The notes under the pieces were generated by a model. The model was not told the DNA's origin. It ran no database searches and saw only the letters and a list, made by a program, of their open reading frames with translations. Shown piece after piece: positions 1 to 9,293 of a stretch of 64,000 nt of DNA. The stretch covers positions 15,349-79,348 of the forward strand of contig CANQGO010000003.1 in NCBI GenBank assembly GCA_947623225.1. The letters are read 5' to 3'. A program made the translations under genes and the position numbers. The stretch comes from an uncultured Clostridia bacterium (lineage in GTDB: Bacteria; Bacillota; Clostridia; Christensenellales; CAG-314). Every line of letters begins with the position of its first letter. Within the stretch, counting starts at the first letter, position 1.

Positions 1-916
1 ACGAGAATGTTGACACCACATCTGCCGTTTGGTAAGTGAGCGGATCATACAGTAGCAATACTTTTTCGTATCCTACGGACAACAACGAACCGATACGGGT
101 GATAAGCATGATAACTACCGTAGAGAGTATACTGGGCAGCACCACGTACCGCATTTGCGCCATCTTGCCGGCACCGTCTATCTGTGCCGCCTCGTAACTT
201 GTGGGCGAGATGGCTATCACCGCCGCGAAGTACACTATACTGTCATAGCCTGCACCTTCCCAAATACCGCTGACTTGGTAAATGGTACGGAACAAGTTGG
301 GGTTGCTCAGCAGACCCGCCTCAGCCATCTCGGGAGAGATGATATGCAATGCCTGCAGTGCCTGAGACACAACGCCCATGCCGGAAACGATACTGCTTCC
401 TTTCACCAACATGGCGACCAATGTGGTCATCACGACTGTAGACATGAACTTAGGCAAATAGGTGAGCACTTGGAAAGTACTGCGCATTATATTGGACTTG
501 ATCTCATTAAAGAACAATGCCAATATAATAGGCATGGGAAAGCCGAAGCACAGTCCGTAGAAACTCAAAAGGAAAGTATTGCGGAAGGCACGCCAGAAGT
601 CGTAAGTCAAGTCTTTGGTGCCGAAGAGCAATGTCTTGAAGTTCGCGAATCCGATATGCAATTGGTCGGCGACGTCCACGCCTACTTCGGTCGCTTTGAA
701 ACTGCCGAGTAATTCGTACATTGGCAAATAACGCCAAAACAAAAATACCAACAGCATAGGCACAAGCATCAGGTACAGCCGCCAGTCTTTCAAGATCGAC
801 TTGGCGGTGTTGAGCCAATGATGCTTCTCCACATCGTCGCGTACTATTTGCTCGGGATCCATAGAATAAGTGTTCGTTTGCTCATCGTAAATGAGTTCTG
901 ATACTTTTTCTGCCAT
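1..916 (-). CDS. Carbohydrate ABC transporter permease (CUT1 family, LplB/YteP-like); 3' end runs off the window
   Basis: Absent from the ORF track because it has no stop inside the window. My translation of the minus strand from ATG 916..914 (GGAGG 7 nt upstream) gives MAEKVSELIYDE...WRLYLMLVPMLLVFLFWRYLPMY...YEAAQIDGAGKMAQMRYVVLPSI. This is a multi-TM MalF/LplB-type permease with the EAA-loop signature. Confidence 0.85.
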   Translation of the reverse strand, partial: MAEKVSELIYDEQTNTYSMDPEQIVRDDVEKHHWLNTAKSILKDWRLYLMLVPMLLVFLFWRYLPMYELLGSFKATEVGVDVADQLHIGFANFKTLLFGTKDLTYDFWRAFRNTFLLSFYGLCFGFPMPIILALFFNEIKSNIMRSTFQVLTYLPKFMSTVVMTTLVAMLVKGSSIVSGMGVVSQALQALHIISPEMAEAGLLSNPNLFRTIYQVSGIWEGAGYDSIVYFAAVIAISPTSYEAAQIDGAGKMAQMRYVVLPSILSTVVIMLITRIGSLLSVGYEKVLLLYDPLTYQTADVVSTFS

Positions 917-951
917 TGGATTTCCTCCAAAAAATTTTGCTGAGATTTGTT

Positions 952-1617
952 CTATTCTTCGTCAATATCCGATTGACGGATCTGCTTATCGCGTTCTTTC
1001 TGAGTACGTATGAGATAGTGTTTCTGATCCTCGAACAAGCCGTTTTGCTTGCGGCATATCAGCACCACCAACAGGGCGAATGCGGCAGGCAGAGCGTCGT
1101 ACAAGATGCCGTTCAGGCTGGCTTGCATAGTCACGTCCGGCATGGGCAAACCCACCAGAAACCGCCCCAAGGATATACATAGGTAGGCAACTATCACATA
1201 CAGTACCGTCCACCAAGCGGAATCGCGTATACGCTGCTTGCCTATGATCTTGTGCAATACCAACAGCAACACGCAAAATGCGTTTCCGACGATCATGACT
1301 ACGTACATTTGCCAAACGGCACCGAGTACTATGCAGTATGCCAAGGCGCAAGTCGTAGAGGGGACCAGCATCCACGCGCCCCAGCGCATGGCAACCAGTG
1401 AAACGAACACATATACGAAGCTGATGCTGTACGCTTGATCCGGAAACCACTTGGTCGCCGCCAATGTCACCAACGATTCGAATACCGTGGCGATCACGGT
1501 GAAGATCGTGATATCCGCCGTTCTATATTGCCCAAAGCTCAAAGACTTCTGCGCCAAAAAGCACACTACCCCACTTTCATTTATTGTACGAAATAATTTT
1601 ACATAATGTTTTCTCAA
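952..1617 (-). CDS. Polytopic membrane protein of unknown function (possibly ECF S-component-like); start uncertain
   Basis: 221-aa ORF with several hydrophobic helices (ITIFTVIATVFESLVTLAA, FVYVFVSLVAMRWGAWMLV, YVVMIVGNAFCVLLLVL, TVLYVIVAYLCISLG, ALPAAFALLVVLIC) and a charged tail. It ends 35 nt upstream of the permease start and is probably co-transcribed with it. The track start is a TTG. Internal TTG/GTG starts are possible. Confidence 0.6.
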   Translation of the reverse strand: MRKHYVKLFRTINESGVVCFLAQKSLSFGQYRTADITIFTVIATVFESLVTLAATKWFPDQAYSISFVYVFVSLVAMRWGAWMLVPSTTCALAYCIVLGAVWQMYVVMIVGNAFCVLLLVLHKIIGKQRIRDSAWWTVLYVIVAYLCISLGRFLVGLPMPDVTMQASLNGILYDALPAAFALLVVLICRKQNGLFEDQKHYLIRTQKERDKQIRQSDIDEE

Positions 1618-1667
1618 ATTTCCATACCAAATATGGACATAAAAAAGGACTTTTTGAGCGATTTTAT

Positions 1668-1683
1668 ATCCATTTTGTGCATA
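1668..1683 (+). promoter_or_regulatory. Conserved box ATCCATTTTGTGCATA (copy 1 of 4) upstream of the pectinesterase gene
   Basis: Matches the ATCCGTTTTGTGCATA box at 15 of 16 positions. The other copies lie upstream of kduD, eda and the GH4 operon, all in the same orientation relative to the downstream gene. Confidence 0.5.
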
Positions 1684-1830
1684 TATCGGGCATGTATCCC
1701 GTCTGCAACATACTTCCGAAACATTTAATTGGATAAATGCTAATTATGTATTATATAAATAGATATAGTTATTTTTGCGCCGCAAGCCATGCACATTGAC
1801 ATAACGGCAGTATTGAGATACAATAATATT

Positions 1831-2742
1831 ATGAATACTTTCGACTATGTAAGGACGATCATCGTAACAGAGCAGGAGGACTTGGGCACGATTTGCAAAA
1901 ACGTGCTCCCGTACACGCGGATCCTGCTGAAAAAAGGCGTATACCGTCATAAGATACGCATAGAGACTCCATTCCTCCTGATAGAGGGCGAAGATCCTGC
2001 CGATACGGTGATAGAATGGGACGACTACGCAAAGAAACAAGACGAAAATGGCGTGGAACTGAACACTTTCCGTACCTATACGGTGGCTGTATGCGCAGAT
2101 CACGTCACGCTACGCGATCTGACGGTTCGAAACAGTGCCCGCAACTCTCCTGTCAAGGGACAAGAAGTAGCGTTGACGGTATACGGAGATGAATTCCGCG
2201 CGGAAAACTGTATATTGGTAAGCGAGCAAGATACGCTGTTTTGCGGACCGTTACCCAAGGACCTGATAGCCAGATATGACGGATTTTTGCAAGATCCGCT
2301 GCGCAGAGACATACATTCTCGGCAGATATATCTGAACTGTACGATATACGGCACGGTAGATTACATATTCGGCTGCGGAGACTGCCTCTTTGAGCAATGC
2401 AGACTTGTATCGTCGGACGATGGCAGGACAGGGTTCGTCGCAGCACCTGCGCATGCACCGGATCGGGATATAGGTTTTGTATTCCATCGCTGCACATTCG
2501 ACGGAGAAGGTAAGAACTCTCGCGTATTTCTCGCCAGACCGTGGAGAGACTACGGCAAAGCATCGTTCATAGATTGCCTGTACGGACCGCACATAGACAA
2601 ACACGGATTTGACAAGTGGAATGACACCGAACGAGACAAGACGGCGCGCTTTGCGGAAAACGTGCACTATGACGGCAGAGTAAGTTGGAGCAAAATATTG
2701 CCCGACGACGAAGGAAAGCGGCTGCTCTCATACTTCGATTGA
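1831..2742 (+). CDS. Pectinesterase (carbohydrate esterase family 8), apparently cytoplasmic
   Basis: CE8 signature blocks are present: GQEVALTVYGD, SEQDTLFCGP, YGTVDYIFGCGD and LARPWRDYGKASF. I see no N-terminal signal peptide. The ORF opens at ATG 1789, but I prefer ATG 1831 (MNTFDYVRTIIV...). Neither has a strong SD, so the start is uncertain. Confidence 0.88.
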   Translation: MNTFDYVRTIIVTEQEDLGTICKNVLPYTRILLKKGVYRHKIRIETPFLLIEGEDPADTVIEWDDYAKKQDENGVELNTFRTYTVAVCADHVTLRDLTVRNSARNSPVKGQEVALTVYGDEFRAENCILVSEQDTLFCGPLPKDLIARYDGFLQDPLRRDIHSRQIYLNCTIYGTVDYIFGCGDCLFEQCRLVSSDDGRTGFVAAPAHAPDRDIGFVFHRCTFDGEGKNSRVFLARPWRDYGKASFIDCLYGPHIDKHGFDKWNDTERDKTARFAENVHYDGRVSWSKILPDDEGKRLLSYFD

Positions 2743-2819
2743 AATTCCATAAAAACAACACAAAAAAAGACTCCCACCAACGTGCACAAAACACGATACG
2801 GAAGTCTTTTTTATTTGTA

Positions 2820-4214
2820 CTATTTGGAGAAATATGCAGCGGCGTTATTGTAGCAGATATCGCCTACGATCTTGCCTACAGTCTCGATATCGCACGGATA
2901 CTCTCCGTTTTCTATCAACGTACCGAGCATATTGCACAGCACGCGACGGAAATACTCATGCCGTGTATAAGAGAGAAAACTGCGGCTATCGGTGAGCATG
3001 CCGACGAATTTGCTTACCAGTCCCATCTGAGACAGTGCCGTCAATTGACGTTCTATGCCGTCTTTCTGATCATTGAACCACCAAGCGGACCCGTATTGCA
3101 GTTTGCCGACGATACCCGATTGCTGGAAGCAATTGATCATGGCCGCAAGCACTTCGTTGTCGCGCGGATTAAGGCAATAAAGTATGGTTTTGGGCAACTC
3201 GTCCGTACTATCCAACGCATCCAGTATATGGCTTAGTTTGGAAGCAAACGGTTGATCCTCTACTGCGTCGAATCCCGTATCCGCGCCCAAAGTACGCATA
3301 TAGCGAGAAGAATTGTTGCGCAAGGCACCGATATGGTATTGCTGTACCCACTTGTGTGCCGAATACATTCTGCCGAGACGCACCAGCAAGTAACCGCGAT
3401 ACTTTTCTTCCTGCTCGCGAGTGATGGTTTCTCCGTGCAAAGCAGTGCGAAATATGTCATCCACCTCTTCTTCCGTTGCGGGCATATACATGACTATATC
3501 AAGTGCGTGATCGGAGCAAACGCAGCCGACGCTGTCGAAATAATCCACTCTATCGGCAAGTGCGCGCGTAAGCGACGCTATACCGTCGATGGGGTAACCT
3601 ACAACCCGACTCAATCCGGCAATATACGATGCAAAAGTACTCTGCGTGATATTCAATGCTTTATCCGGACGAAAAGCGGGTGCTACATGGACAGGGAAAG
3701 AAGGGTCCTGCGCCAGCAGTTTATGAAAATGCAGATCGTCCGTGGGGTCATCTGTGGTAAACAATGTTTTTACATTTGAGCCAAGTATGAGCCGACGCGC
3801 CGAAAGCGTCTTGAGTTTTTCATTGGCCTCATCGTATATCTTGCGCGCCGTAGCGGGGGACAAAATGTCGTAAATGCCGAAAAAGCGTTGCAACTCGAGA
3901 TGCGTCCAATGATAAATCGGGTTGCCTATGGCATATGGCATCACTTCGGCATATTTCAGAAATTTTTCCCAATCGTCAGCATCGCCCGTGATATATTTTT
4001 CATCTACTCCCATCTCGCGCATCAGACGCCACTTGTAATGGTCTCCGCCCAGCCATGCTTCGGTAATGCTGCGAAAGTGCTTATCTTCATATATCTCGGC
4101 AATAGGCAAATGGCAGTGAAAATCGAATATAGGCATATTCTCGGCATAGTCGTGAAATAGCTTTTGCGCGGTCTTTGTTTCCAAAAGAAAATCTTTGTCC
4201 ATAAATTTTTTCAT
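2820..4214 (-). CDS. uxaC: Glucuronate (uronate) isomerase
   Basis: 464 aa. The N-terminus MKKFMDKDFLLETKTAQKLFHDYAENMPIFDFHCHL is the classic UxaC opening, and length and context fit. Confidence 0.96.
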   Translation of the reverse strand: MKKFMDKDFLLETKTAQKLFHDYAENMPIFDFHCHLPIAEIYEDKHFRSITEAWLGGDHYKWRLMREMGVDEKYITGDADDWEKFLKYAEVMPYAIGNPIYHWTHLELQRFFGIYDILSPATARKIYDEANEKLKTLSARRLILGSNVKTLFTTDDPTDDLHFHKLLAQDPSFPVHVAPAFRPDKALNITQSTFASYIAGLSRVVGYPIDGIASLTRALADRVDYFDSVGCVCSDHALDIVMYMPATEEEVDDIFRTALHGETITREQEEKYRGYLLVRLGRMYSAHKWVQQYHIGALRNNSSRYMRTLGADTGFDAVEDQPFASKLSHILDALDSTDELPKTILYCLNPRDNEVLAAMINCFQQSGIVGKLQYGSAWWFNDQKDGIERQLTALSQMGLVSKFVGMLTDSRSFLSYTRHEYFRRVLCNMLGTLIENGEYPCDIETVGKIVGDICYNNAAAYFSK

Positions 4215-4238
4215 ATCAGTATCTCCGAAATAAAATTT

Positions 4239-5714
4239 TTACAGTGTCACTCCCGTTTTGAACAAGGCTATATCCCTGCTGTCCTGTTGTTCATTGACGG
4301 TCGGCTTGCCGTTCGCCACGTCCACCACCATACCAAACAACTCGTCCAGAGCACGCTCGAAATTGCCGTCTGTCAGTACTCTGCCAGCGTCGTAATCGAT
4401 CCAGTTGTGTTTGCGTTGTGCCAGGTCGCTGTTGGTAGATATCTTGACAGTGGGGACGAAACCTCCGAATGGCGTTCCGCGTCCCGTCGTGAATAGGACC
4501 ATGTGGCAGCCTGCACAGCCGAGGTTTGTGACGGCGACCATGTCGTTGCCGGGGCCGTTGAGCAGATTCAAGCCGTTTCGAACTATGCGATCGCCGTCGA
4601 ACAAGACGTCGCACACGGGACTGTTGCCCGACTTTTGCACACAACCGAGAGACTTGTCCTCCAAAGTAGTGATCCCTCCGGCACGATTGCCCGGAGATGG
4701 ATTCTCGTAGCAAGGTTGGTCATGGTCGGCGTAATATTGTTTGAAATTGTTGATAAGTCGAACTATTTTGTCAAATGTATCCTTATCCCGAGCACGGTCC
4801 ATTAGCAATTGCTCTGCACCGAACATCTCCGGGACCTCCGTCAGCACCGTTGTGGCACCCATCTGCACCAGTCTGTCCGAAACCAGTCCTACCAGCGGAT
4901 TGGCAGTCAATCCGCTCAGCCCGTCGGATCCGCCGCATTTGAGACCCACTCTCAGACAGCTTATATCCCGTGTTTCTCTCCTCTCGGTGCGTGCTTTACA
5001 ATACAATTCATGCAAAATATCCACACCTGCGGCCACCTCGTCTTCTACATCCTGCGCCACAAGAAAACGCACACGCTCCCGATCGTAATCGCCCAGTGTA
5101 GCAATGAAATCGCTCATTTTGTTGTTTTCGCAACCCAAACCAAGCACCAATACGCCGCCGGCATTGGGATGCTTAACCATCTGCTGCAACAGTCTGCGCG
5201 TGCGAATATGATCTTCACCTATCTGCGAGCACCCGTACGGATGAGTAAACGCATACACACCGTCCACGCCGTCCGTCGACGGGCAGGACTGCAAGAATCT
5301 GCGCACTATCGCTCTCGCCTGGGAGTTGACGCAGCCCACCAGCGGTATCACCCACAATTCATTGCGTATGCCGACGTCACCACCGTAGCGCGGATAGACC
5401 CGGATCTTGACGGGTTTCGCGGTATGCTCTTCCCTTCTCACGGGATCGTAGCAGTAGGTAAGTTGCTCGCCCAGTCCGGTGGCGACATTATGCTCATGCA
5501 CATGACTGCCCGCAAGGATCCTCTGCGTGGCGATTCCTATAGGATTGCCGTATTTGATAACGTTCTGTCCTTGTTCTATATCACACAAGGCGAATTTGTG
5601 TCCCTGCGCTATATCTTCGATAAGCGTTGTCCCGCAATACGTTTCGCCCTTAGTCAGCGGCGCAAGTGCCACTGCCACGTTGTCGGCAGGATTTATTTTG
5701 ATAAATTTGTTCAT
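4239..5714 (-). CDS. uxaA: Altronate dehydratase
   Basis: 491 aa. It has an N-terminal SAF domain (KINPADNVAVAL...GHKFALCDIEQGQNVIKYGNPIGIATQRILAGSHVHEHNV) followed by the UxaA/GarD dehydratase body. It lies adjacent to uxaC and uxaB. Confidence 0.94.
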   Translation of the reverse strand: MNKFIKINPADNVAVALAPLTKGETYCGTTLIEDIAQGHKFALCDIEQGQNVIKYGNPIGIATQRILAGSHVHEHNVATGLGEQLTYCYDPVRREEHTAKPVKIRVYPRYGGDVGIRNELWVIPLVGCVNSQARAIVRRFLQSCPSTDGVDGVYAFTHPYGCSQIGEDHIRTRRLLQQMVKHPNAGGVLVLGLGCENNKMSDFIATLGDYDRERVRFLVAQDVEDEVAAGVDILHELYCKARTERRETRDISCLRVGLKCGGSDGLSGLTANPLVGLVSDRLVQMGATTVLTEVPEMFGAEQLLMDRARDKDTFDKIVRLINNFKQYYADHDQPCYENPSPGNRAGGITTLEDKSLGCVQKSGNSPVCDVLFDGDRIVRNGLNLLNGPGNDMVAVTNLGCAGCHMVLFTTGRGTPFGGFVPTVKISTNSDLAQRKHNWIDYDAGRVLTDGNFERALDELFGMVVDVANGKPTVNEQQDSRDIALFKTGVTL

Positions 5715-5727
5715 ACCCTACAATGCT

Positions 5728-7155
5728 CTATTCGTTGAGAAATTTCTGCAAGGCTCCGCGCATACCCAACGTCTGTATGTCCTGAAGATATCCGGAGACA
5801 AGTTGCACATTGCCGCGTGTGGCGAATCCGCCGTTGATATAGCCGAGCGCATCGCGTGCGATCGCCGTCAAATCCGTCTGCGTCCATAGTTCGTGCCAGA
5901 ATTCGAGATGCCGTGTCTCGTCCTGCAATGCAATAGGCTGAGTACCGCGTTTGCCGCGCATAAAATACGTCAACGCCGCAAAAGCGAACATGATATGGCG
6001 CGGGGCTTTACCGTACATACGCAAAAAATCATTGTATGACGGTAGCAATCTCGCAACAAACTTACTCGTACTATTGAGTGCTATGGACATCAACTCGTGC
6101 CGAACAAAGGGATTCTCAAACCGTTCCAATACACTATTGGCAAACGAGGTCATCTCGTCCTGGGGTAAAGCCACGGTAGGCTTGATCTCATCGAATATGA
6201 GTTCTTCGGCAAACTTTCTCGTGTCTGCGTCGTTCATCGCTTCGCCCACGGTATCCAAGCCACACAAATACGCCACCGGCACCAAAGCCGTATGCGTACC
6301 GTTGAGTATCTTGACCTTGCGCTGCTTGTATGGCGTGATATCCGGCGCAAATATGACATTGAGTCCGCACTTGTCCGCAGGCAGACACTGTTGAACAAAG
6401 GGCTCTTGCTTCAGTACCCACAAATGGAAAACTTCCGCCTTGACCAGATTGTCGTCGCGGTATCCCGTCTGTGCCCATATTTTTTCCGCCGTATCGCGCG
6501 GATATCCCGGTACTATCCTATCCACCAGCGTATCGGTGAAGTGGTTGGCAGTTGTAAGCCAATGTATAAAGTCACTTTCCAGTTGATTGATCTGCGCCAA
6601 TTCGACAAGGACCTTGCGAAGAGTCTCACCGTTGTTGTCTATCAACTCGCAAGGCACTATAGCCAAGCCTTTTGTAACGTCTCCTTCAAAGAAACGGTAT
6701 CTTTCCAACAGCAGTGCCAGAAGCTTCCCGGGAAAAGAATTGGGACAGACGGATAAATTCGTATCCTTTTTGTCCAGGGCGATCCCCGCCTCGGTGGTAT
6801 TGGAGATGATGACTTGCAAATCTTCGCTATGCGCGTATTGCAGATATCTGTCGTATTCCGTATACGGATCAACGAAGTCTTGCAATACGTCTATGACTCT
6901 ATAGGATTGTACTTTCTCGCCGTGCTCGATGCCTTCAAGGCAAACCGTATACAACCCGTCCTGCTTGCGCAATTCTTCTATACGCCCTTGCGGCATGGGC
7001 TGCACGACCACCACGCCGGAATCGATCACGCCGCTGTCATTCATGCGTTGCAGTATCCAATCCGCAAATGCTCTCAAAAAATTACCTTCGCCGAACTGCA
7101 TCACCTTGACAGGACGAATGGGTCTATTATGATTTTGTCCGTTTAACTGTTTCAT
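5728..7155 (-). CDS. uxaB: Tagaturonate reductase (altronate oxidoreductase), mannitol dehydrogenase family
   Basis: 475 aa. It has a VMQFGEGNFLRAFADW Rossmann opening, long-chain mannitol-dehydrogenase architecture and uxaBAC context. Confidence 0.92.
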   Translation of the reverse strand: MKQLNGQNHNRPIRPVKVMQFGEGNFLRAFADWILQRMNDSGVIDSGVVVVQPMPQGRIEELRKQDGLYTVCLEGIEHGEKVQSYRVIDVLQDFVDPYTEYDRYLQYAHSEDLQVIISNTTEAGIALDKKDTNLSVCPNSFPGKLLALLLERYRFFEGDVTKGLAIVPCELIDNNGETLRKVLVELAQINQLESDFIHWLTTANHFTDTLVDRIVPGYPRDTAEKIWAQTGYRDDNLVKAEVFHLWVLKQEPFVQQCLPADKCGLNVIFAPDITPYKQRKVKILNGTHTALVPVAYLCGLDTVGEAMNDADTRKFAEELIFDEIKPTVALPQDEMTSFANSVLERFENPFVRHELMSIALNSTSKFVARLLPSYNDFLRMYGKAPRHIMFAFAALTYFMRGKRGTQPIALQDETRHLEFWHELWTQTDLTAIARDALGYINGGFATRGNVQLVSGYLQDIQTLGMRGALQKFLNE

Positions 7156-7189
7156 ATATATTCCTCTTTTTCCATAATTCGTTTTTTGT

Positions 7190-7219
7190 CTTATATGCCC
7201 CTACATATTTCTGTGTAAA
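7190..7219 (-). promoter_or_regulatory. Candidate sigma-A promoter for uxaB-uxaA-uxaC
   Basis: Minus strand reads TTTACA (7219-7214), 18 nt, TATAAG (7195-7190). It lies between the upstream terminator and uxaB. The match is weak. Confidence 0.3.
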
Positions 7220-7233
7220 AGCAGAATAATTCT

Positions 7234-7285
7234 AAAAAAGACGGCAAACCGGACACAGAATGCAATCTCTGTCTCGTTTACCGTC
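7234..7285 (-). terminator. Rho-independent terminator after the MsmX-type ATPase gene
   Basis: Minus strand: GACGGTAAAC (7285-7276) ... GTTTGCCGTC (7249-7240), a 10-bp stem with one G-U pair, followed by TTTTTT. Confidence 0.7.
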
Positions 7286-7305
7286 TGACTGTACAAAATT
7301 ATCGG

Positions 7306-8403
7306 TTACTTACGCTTGGGCTCGGTAACGACCTGCTCGGTATCCTTATCGAACAGGTAGACATTGTCATACGGTATACTGAAACGGATATTGACATCCG
7401 TTTTTGGGGTATCATGCGGATCTACCTTTAATATCGCTCTGTCCTCACCGATATTGACATACACATTGGTATTGTCCCCCAACAACTCAGTCAATTCCAC
7501 AAAAGCATCTATACCATATGCATCCGACTGCTCACCGAGCACTATTCCTTCGGGACGGAAACCGACCACTATCTCTTTACCTTCATAAGAATCAAGTTTC
7601 TCTTTGGAAAGAACGTGCTGCAGATCCAATACGTTGCCACCCACGGACACTTTCCCTTCGGACACCGTAGCAGTGATGAAGTTCATCGGCGGTTCGCCTA
7701 TAAATCCGGCGACAAACAGATTGACGGGGTTGAAATACAACTCGTATGGAGTACCGACTTGTTGAATATATCCGTCTTTCATGACTACTATTCTGTCCGC
7801 CATAGTCATTGCTTCTGTCTGGTCGTGTGTCACGTATATGGTCGTTGCCTTGGTCTCGCGATGGATCTGAGTTATCTCCGAACGCATGGTGACACGCTGC
7901 TTTGCGTCCAGGTTGGACAGCGGTTCGTCCATAAGGAACACGCCCACCTTGCGAATGATCGCGCGACCTACAGCCACACGCTGACGCTGACCTCCGGAAA
8001 GCGCACGCGGTTTTCTGTCAAGATATTCGGTCAGACCCAGTATCTTGGCTGTTTTCAGAACACGTTCTTCTATCACGTCCTCGTCTACGCCTTGCAGTGT
8101 GAGACCGAAAGCCAGATTATCGTATACGCTCATATGCGGGTAAAGAGCATAACTCTGGAACACCATAGCTATTTGACGCTCTCTCGGGCCCTTGTCGTTT
8201 GCACGCACGCCATCGATGAGAAAATCCCCCTTGGAGATATTCTCCAGACCCGCTATCATACGCAATGTTGTACTTTTCCCGCATCCGGAGGGACCGACAA
8301 ATACGATAAACTCGCCACGCTCTATCTCCAGATTGAAATCGTGCACTGCGTGGAAACCGTTTGGATAGATCTTGTTGATGTTTTTGAGTGTTAAGTATGC
8401 CAT
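7306..8403 (-). CDS. msmX: Sugar ABC transporter ATP-binding protein (MsmX/MsmK/UgpC type)
   Basis: 365 aa. Contains Walker A GPSGCGKST, the LSGGQRQRVAVGRA signature, Walker B FLMDEPLSNLD and a MalK-like C-terminal regulatory domain. It is an orphan ATPase with no adjacent permease, as is typical of the multitask MsmX. Confidence 0.9.
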   Translation of the reverse strand: MAYLTLKNINKIYPNGFHAVHDFNLEIERGEFIVFVGPSGCGKSTTLRMIAGLENISKGDFLIDGVRANDKGPRERQIAMVFQSYALYPHMSVYDNLAFGLTLQGVDEDVIEERVLKTAKILGLTEYLDRKPRALSGGQRQRVAVGRAIIRKVGVFLMDEPLSNLDAKQRVTMRSEITQIHRETKATTIYVTHDQTEAMTMADRIVVMKDGYIQQVGTPYELYFNPVNLFVAGFIGEPPMNFITATVSEGKVSVGGNVLDLQHVLSKEKLDSYEGKEIVVGFRPEGIVLGEQSDAYGIDAFVELTELLGDNTNVYVNIGEDRAILKVDPHDTPKTDVNIRFSIPYDNVYLFDKDTEQVVTEPKRK

Positions 8404-8456
8404 GACTCTTCTCGCTTTTTTATATTTTCGCCTTGCGGCAAATGGTTACATGATGA

Positions 8457-9293
8457 TCATCTGAGTTCCAGATTGTCTATACCGTCCATATCGGTAAACG
8501 TTTGATTTTCTCCGCACATACCCCAGATAAAGGTATAGTTACTTGTGCCTACGCCGCTGTGTATGGACCAACTCGGAGATATGACCGCTTGTTCGTTGTG
8601 CATTACTATATGGCGAGTCTGGTCCTTCTGACCCATGAAGTGAAATGCCACATTGTCTTCCTTAAGATCAAAATACATATACACTTCCATGCGTCTTTCG
8701 TGGGTATGGCAGGGCATTGTGTTCCAATTGCCCGTTGCGTCCAGTTCCGTCATGCCCATAGACAGTTGACAACTCTGACATACAGCCGGGTGGACGAATT
8801 GATTGATCACACGCTTATTGAAATGCGCTTCGTCTCCGCAATGCACATGATTTGCCTTGTCCTTCGTGATATGTACGGTCGGATACGTCTTGTGTGCGGG
8901 ACAACTATTGATATAAAACTTTGGCGGATCTTTTACATCCGTACAGGTAAAGACTATTTCTTTCGTGCCCATACCTATATACATACCTTCTTTGTGACCG
9001 ACTGCAAATCTTTGTCCATCCAGTATGATCTCTCCGGCTCCGCCGATATTGATAATGCCCATCTCGCGGCGTTCGAGGAAATACTCCGTTGCAAGTTCTT
9101 TGCAACTTCCCAGCGTCAATGATTGATGCACAGGCATTGCTCCGCCGGCTATGATGCGATCCTGATGGGAATATGTGAGCAGTATCTCATCTTCCGAGAA
9201 TACTTTCTCTATAAGATAATTGCGCCTCAATGTTTCCGTGTCGTACCACTTGGAGTCATCGGGATGATTGCTGTATCTGATATCTAATTGCAT
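8457..9293 (-). CDS. kduI: 5-dehydro-4-deoxy-D-glucuronate isomerase
   Basis: 278 aa, collinear with E. coli KduI as I remember it (NTMPCHTHERRMEVYMYF, RHIVMHNEQAVISPSWSIHSGVGTSNYTFIWGM). Confidence 0.95.
   Translation of the reverse strand: MQLDIRYSNHPDDSKWYDTETLRRNYLIEKVFSEDEILLTYSHQDRIIAGGAMPVHQSLTLGSCKELATEYFLERREMGIINIGGAGEIILDGQRFAVGHKEGMYIGMGTKEIVFTCTDVKDPPKFYINSCPAHKTYPTVHITKDKANHVHCGDEAHFNKRVINQFVHPAVCQSCQLSMGMTELDATGNWNTMPCHTHERRMEVYMYFDLKEDNVAFHFMGQKDQTRHIVMHNEQAVISPSWSIHSGVGTSNYTFIWGMCGENQTFTDMDGIDNLELR

Noticed and set aside
2743-2819. A possible bidirectional terminator between the convergent pectinesterase and uxaC genes (AAGACTCCC ... GGAAGTCTT flanked by A- and T-runs).
   Set aside because: The stem is imperfect (it has a bulge) and the loop is about 25 nt. 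That is too weak to call as a feature, although some termination signal must exist here.
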